A stretch of DNA of 64,000 bases from the human T2T-CHM13v2.0 reference genome, Homo sapiens. Each line of letters starts with the position of its first letter. The first letter of the stretch is position 1. The notes beneath the pieces are model-generated. The model worked only from the letters and a program-made list of their open reading frames with translations. It was not told the DNA's origin and made no database searches. The stretch lies in NCBI RefSeq assembly GCF_009914755.1, contig NC_060945.1; one strand, given 5' to 3'. The position numbers and the translations under genes are program-made. This document shows, in pieces, positions 60,513 to 64,000 of the stretch.

Positions 60513-61010
60513 TGTTATGAGAATAAACAAAGACTACCCACCGAAGAACAAACAAGTGAAGCTATTTATTTAGAGGTTACTGTAACAAGGGAGTGGGCTA
60601 CCATTATCTATTAATATTATCCATGTTTGGCGGAGACTCAAAGACTGACAGACAGTGGAAAAGCTTTTTAGTAATGCAAAAAGAAAAAGAGGCTATGTAG
60701 AGACCTTGATGGCAGGTTGTTGTCATGGGAAGGACTGGGACAGGTTACCTGGACACATGTCATCTTATGGAATTGATTTTATATTTGGCTTTCTTTTTGT
60801 TCATCCTGATTGAAAGTGAGAACAAATACAGGGAAGTTGGCAGCATTGACTTAGTCCTGACCATCTGAGCTGGTTATTACAAAGGCTGTCATTTGACTTT
60901 CTGGATTGATTGCTACAGAAGTTGTTTTTTGGTTTCCTGGGCATCTAATGTGAGTCATCAGCGTTATATTACCATAAGTGGTCTGGCCATTGTCCCTTTG
61001 TATATTCAGT
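60513..61010 (-). mobile_element. Probable old ERV LTR, family unresolved
   Basis: TG start, reverse poly(A) signal TTTATT near 60564, LTR-like composition. Confidence 0.4.
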
Positions 61011-61706
61011 CTTTCGGTGGTTATTTTCCCTACTTTTTTCTAACCTTTATCAACTTGGATTTCTCACTCTCTAGAGATCTAGCACTGGGAGAGAGACAAC
61101 AGCAGAAAGGGGAGCACAGACTTTATAAAGGTAATGCTGGTAGAATCTGCTGTCAGTCTCCTCTTGGTATGGCAGGCACTTGAAGCCAAGTCTTTTTCTT
61201 TAAACCTTTGATACGAAGTGTAGTTGTTGAACCAGACACATCAGCCATCACCTTGGAGTTTGCCATAGCTTACCGAATATCCTGTATTGCAGCAAGATAC
61301 TTAGGTAGTTTGTAAGCACAGTAACATTTAGGAAGCAGTGCTCTAGAATGCCTTTGTGAGTTTTCCCTGGGTTTTCTCAGTGACATGTTCCAGTTGCAAT
61401 TTTCATGAGGTTGATGGTCCCCCTCCACTGACTGCTTTCTGTTACTCTTCAGTCCACAGGCTTCATTTTGTGAATGTGTCCATTTTATGCTTGGTCATTT
61501 TGTCCCTTAGGTTATGTCACTTGCAGTACCTTTCAGGAAAGCTCCAGGCTGGATTAATCAACGTGCTGCACAGAAAACACAGACTCTTACTTCATTGGTG
61601 AAAGTGCACTTCTCTCGCGCTCTCTCTGTCTCTCTCTCCCCCCCCACCCCCCTCTCACTCTCTCTCTCATTTCTCTTTCAGACCGGCCTTAACACACACA
61701 CCCTTG

Positions 61707-62235
61707 GTTATGAACTGCATGTTCGTGGCTCTCTCAAATTCACAAGTTGAGTCCCTAACTCACAATGTGATAGTATTTGCAGGTGGGGCCTTTGAGAAGT
61801 AATTAGGTTTGGATGATGTCATAAGAATGGATCCCCCCTTAATAGAGTTTGTGCCCATATTAAAAGACACCCTCAGCAAACTAACACAGGAACAGAAAAC
61901 CAAACACTGTATGTTTTCACTTACAAGTGGGAGCTGAACAATGAGACACATGGACACAGGGAGGGGAACATCACACGGGGGCCTGTCCTGTCGGGGGTGG
62001 TGGTGGCAAGAAGGAGAACATCAGGATAAATAGCTAACGCACGCAGGGCTTAACACCTAGGTGATGGGTAGATAGGTGCAGCAAACCACCATGGCACACA
62101 TTCACCTATGTAACAAACCTGCTCATCCTGTACATGTAACTCGGAACTTAAAATAAAATAAAATAATTTTTTTTTTTAAAAAGAGGCCAAACCTTACCTT
62201 CTCTCTACCATGTGAGGATACAGCAACATGTGAGA
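61707..62235 (+). mobile_element. MLT1A-like MaLR LTR interrupted by an L1PA 3' end (61871-62180)
   Basis: AAATTCA.A.GTTGA..CCCTAA..CAATGTGATAGTATTTG.AGGTGGGGCCTTTG; L1 CTCAGCAAACTAACACAGGAACAGAAAACCAAACAC..GAACTTAAAATAAAA; MLT resumes CCATGTGAGGATACAGC. Confidence 0.8.
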
Positions 62236-63368
62236 TATCTTTAACATCTACTAAAATTCCTGGCTCAGATCAGGTGCTTAATAAGTATTTCTAAACAACT
62301 AAAATATTGACTAAACTAATTATGTATTATAATATCAACTAGAATAGGCAGTAAATGAACGTGAGCTTACATTTGCTGCGATAAATTTCTAATTTCTGTT
62401 GAGGCATAGCCATTTCAGTATCACGTTAAGGGAGAGAGAGAAAAAGAATGCTATTACAGATATAACTTTTTTCTCAGGATTTTTCGAAAATCAAGATGAT
62501 GATTTAGCTAAACTTACACATGTATAGATTTTTTTCCCCTCTGCTGTTATTTTGTTTAAGCAACAAAGGCAACAGTCAAAATTTAAGAAGGTTTGTATGC
62601 CTTCCAGACATATACTCGTACCTTCACAAGTACACAGGCCCACACACTGTTTAAGTAAACACTGACCACTGACGATGGGGCTAATTGACTTTACATAATG
62701 AAAGAATCAATATAATGTTTGATTTTCCTAAAGTTAATAGTGTGTTACTTATGATCATCTTAGTTCACTTTTACATGGCCATTTAGAATTTTAAACACAG
62801 CCATATATGCCAGGTTTTGCAGAAAACCTATCTGTTGGTATTAAGAATGGTAATTGATTTGTTCTAGCAGATTTAGCCTTTGATACAGCATTTTCAACCA
62901 TTAACCATCAAATAATTCATTATCCACTGTCAAGTTGTATTAATGCTTTTCACTGGCTCTCTTGAATTGTTCCATTACCAAAAAGTAATTGATAGAACTG
63001 CATACAGCTGTCCTGTCATCCATCTGAACTGACCTAATCATGACCGTTTATCACAACCAGTGCCAAATACCTTGAGGATCTTTTCAAAATGATAGCAATG
63101 GGTGTTCAACCTTTAATGTTCAGGGATTGTGCAAGTCTGTGTTTGATCAAGATTGTAAACACCTATTGGGAATTGCTATTTGTAGATGGTTGTAATATTA
63201 AATATATTAATATTAAAAATGTGTGTGCTCTTGAGCCAAACATATAAGGAGAAAACTTATATTGAATTTATGTGCTGTGGAGTCCATAAGTCATTTCTTT
63301 TTAAGGGAGTGGTCAAATTTTTGTTATAATTAACAATTGTCATCAAGGCAATTGTCATCAAGGCAAGG

Positions 63369-63688
63369 TATCAAGTTCAAGCCCCAGCTGAGATCTGAGG
63401 GTAGTGGGTAGATGAGGGGTAGGGAGTGGGAAGAACACTGACGAGACAGCAGGTAGATGGGACATGGCTTTATTCAGCAGCTCACTCACACTGTGGGTGT
63501 TTGCATTTATGCACCTGGCAAACAACAGTGGCTACAAGCCAGGTGATGAGCCCTCCCATACTATGGCTACATAGCTGTGATTATATAATGCACAGAATTG
63601 TGTGCCTGGAGTCCAATCTCGTTGAGTCACACAGGATGTTTATCTTGGCCTATGCCTGCCTGGCTGCAGTGCAGCCATGTTCCTTACA
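63369..63688 (-). mobile_element. 3' LTR of an LTR18-like (HERV-S / class III) provirus
   Basis: Minus strand begins TGTAAGGAACATGGCTGC right after PPT TAGGGGGTGGAG; contains TATATAA and AATAAA; ends ..CAGCTGGGGCTTGAAC. Confidence 0.75.
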
Positions 63689-63697
63689 CTCCACCCC

Positions 63698-64000
63698 CTA
63701 GGCCAAGGTAGTCCTCTTTGTGGGGACCTGTGCACACAGGGCAGTACCCTGGACCCAGAGGCCACAGCAACAATACAGAGAGCAACAACCTACTACCAAT
63801 ATTCCTACTGTGCTACCTATGATTATGAGAACCCAACATAGGCCAGAGCCCAGAGATGCCCACCATCTCTGCAGGGGGTTGTCAGTAAGGCACTCAACCA
63901 CCTTAATCTCCTGTGACATCCCTTGTAAATCTGCTGTTGTGTTCTGCTGGTTGTCAGGGATGAATGTACAACACTGTATGCCTACAAGGGAACATAGTAA
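63698..64000 (-). CDS. env: Retroviral env, C-terminal TM subunit (partial; frame open to the window edge)
   Basis: 100 stop-free codons: LLCSLVGIQCCTFIPDNQQNTTADLQGMSQEIK...WWASLGSGLCWVLIIIGSTVGILVVGCCSLYCCCGLW...TTLA*. CX6CC at 63994-63968, sequon NTT, hydrophobic anchor; stop abuts the PPT/LTR. Confidence 0.85.
   Translation of the reverse strand, partial: LLCSLVGIQCCTFIPDNQQNTTADLQGMSQEIKVVECLTDNPLQRWWASLGSGLCWVLIIIGSTVGILVVGCCSLYCCCGLWVQGTALCAQVPTKRTTLA

Overview
AT-rich primate genomic DNA, very likely human: it carries near-consensus AluYg6 and AluYa5-like elements. I recognise no intact cellular gene, RNA gene or CRISPR array, and most listed ORFs are Alu, L1 or LTR artefacts. Interspersed repeats dominate: about 18 Alus, L1/L2/MIR fragments, Tigger and hAT DNA transposons, two heavily nested ERVL-type proviral fossils (1-4.5 kb and 36.3-40.9 kb) and several solo LTRs with intact target-site duplications (TSDs). 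Three coding relics stand out. (i) A frameshifted vomeronasal type-2 receptor (V2R, class C GPCR) 7TM-exon pseudogene at about 9.2-9.7 kb. (ii) A putative decayed tandem kringle-domain coding remnant on the minus strand at about 52.0-52.7 kb; this is inference and needs a frameshift-aware HMM test. (iii) The 3' LTR, polypurine tract (PPT) and an open env transmembrane-subunit frame of an LTR18/HERV-S-like provirus running off the right edge. Also present are two perfect 13-14 bp hairpins, a twin-primed L1, young and possibly polymorphic Alus, and a candidate recursive splice site. Repeat subfamily names come from recalled consensus sequences, not from a search, and boundaries of old elements are approximate.
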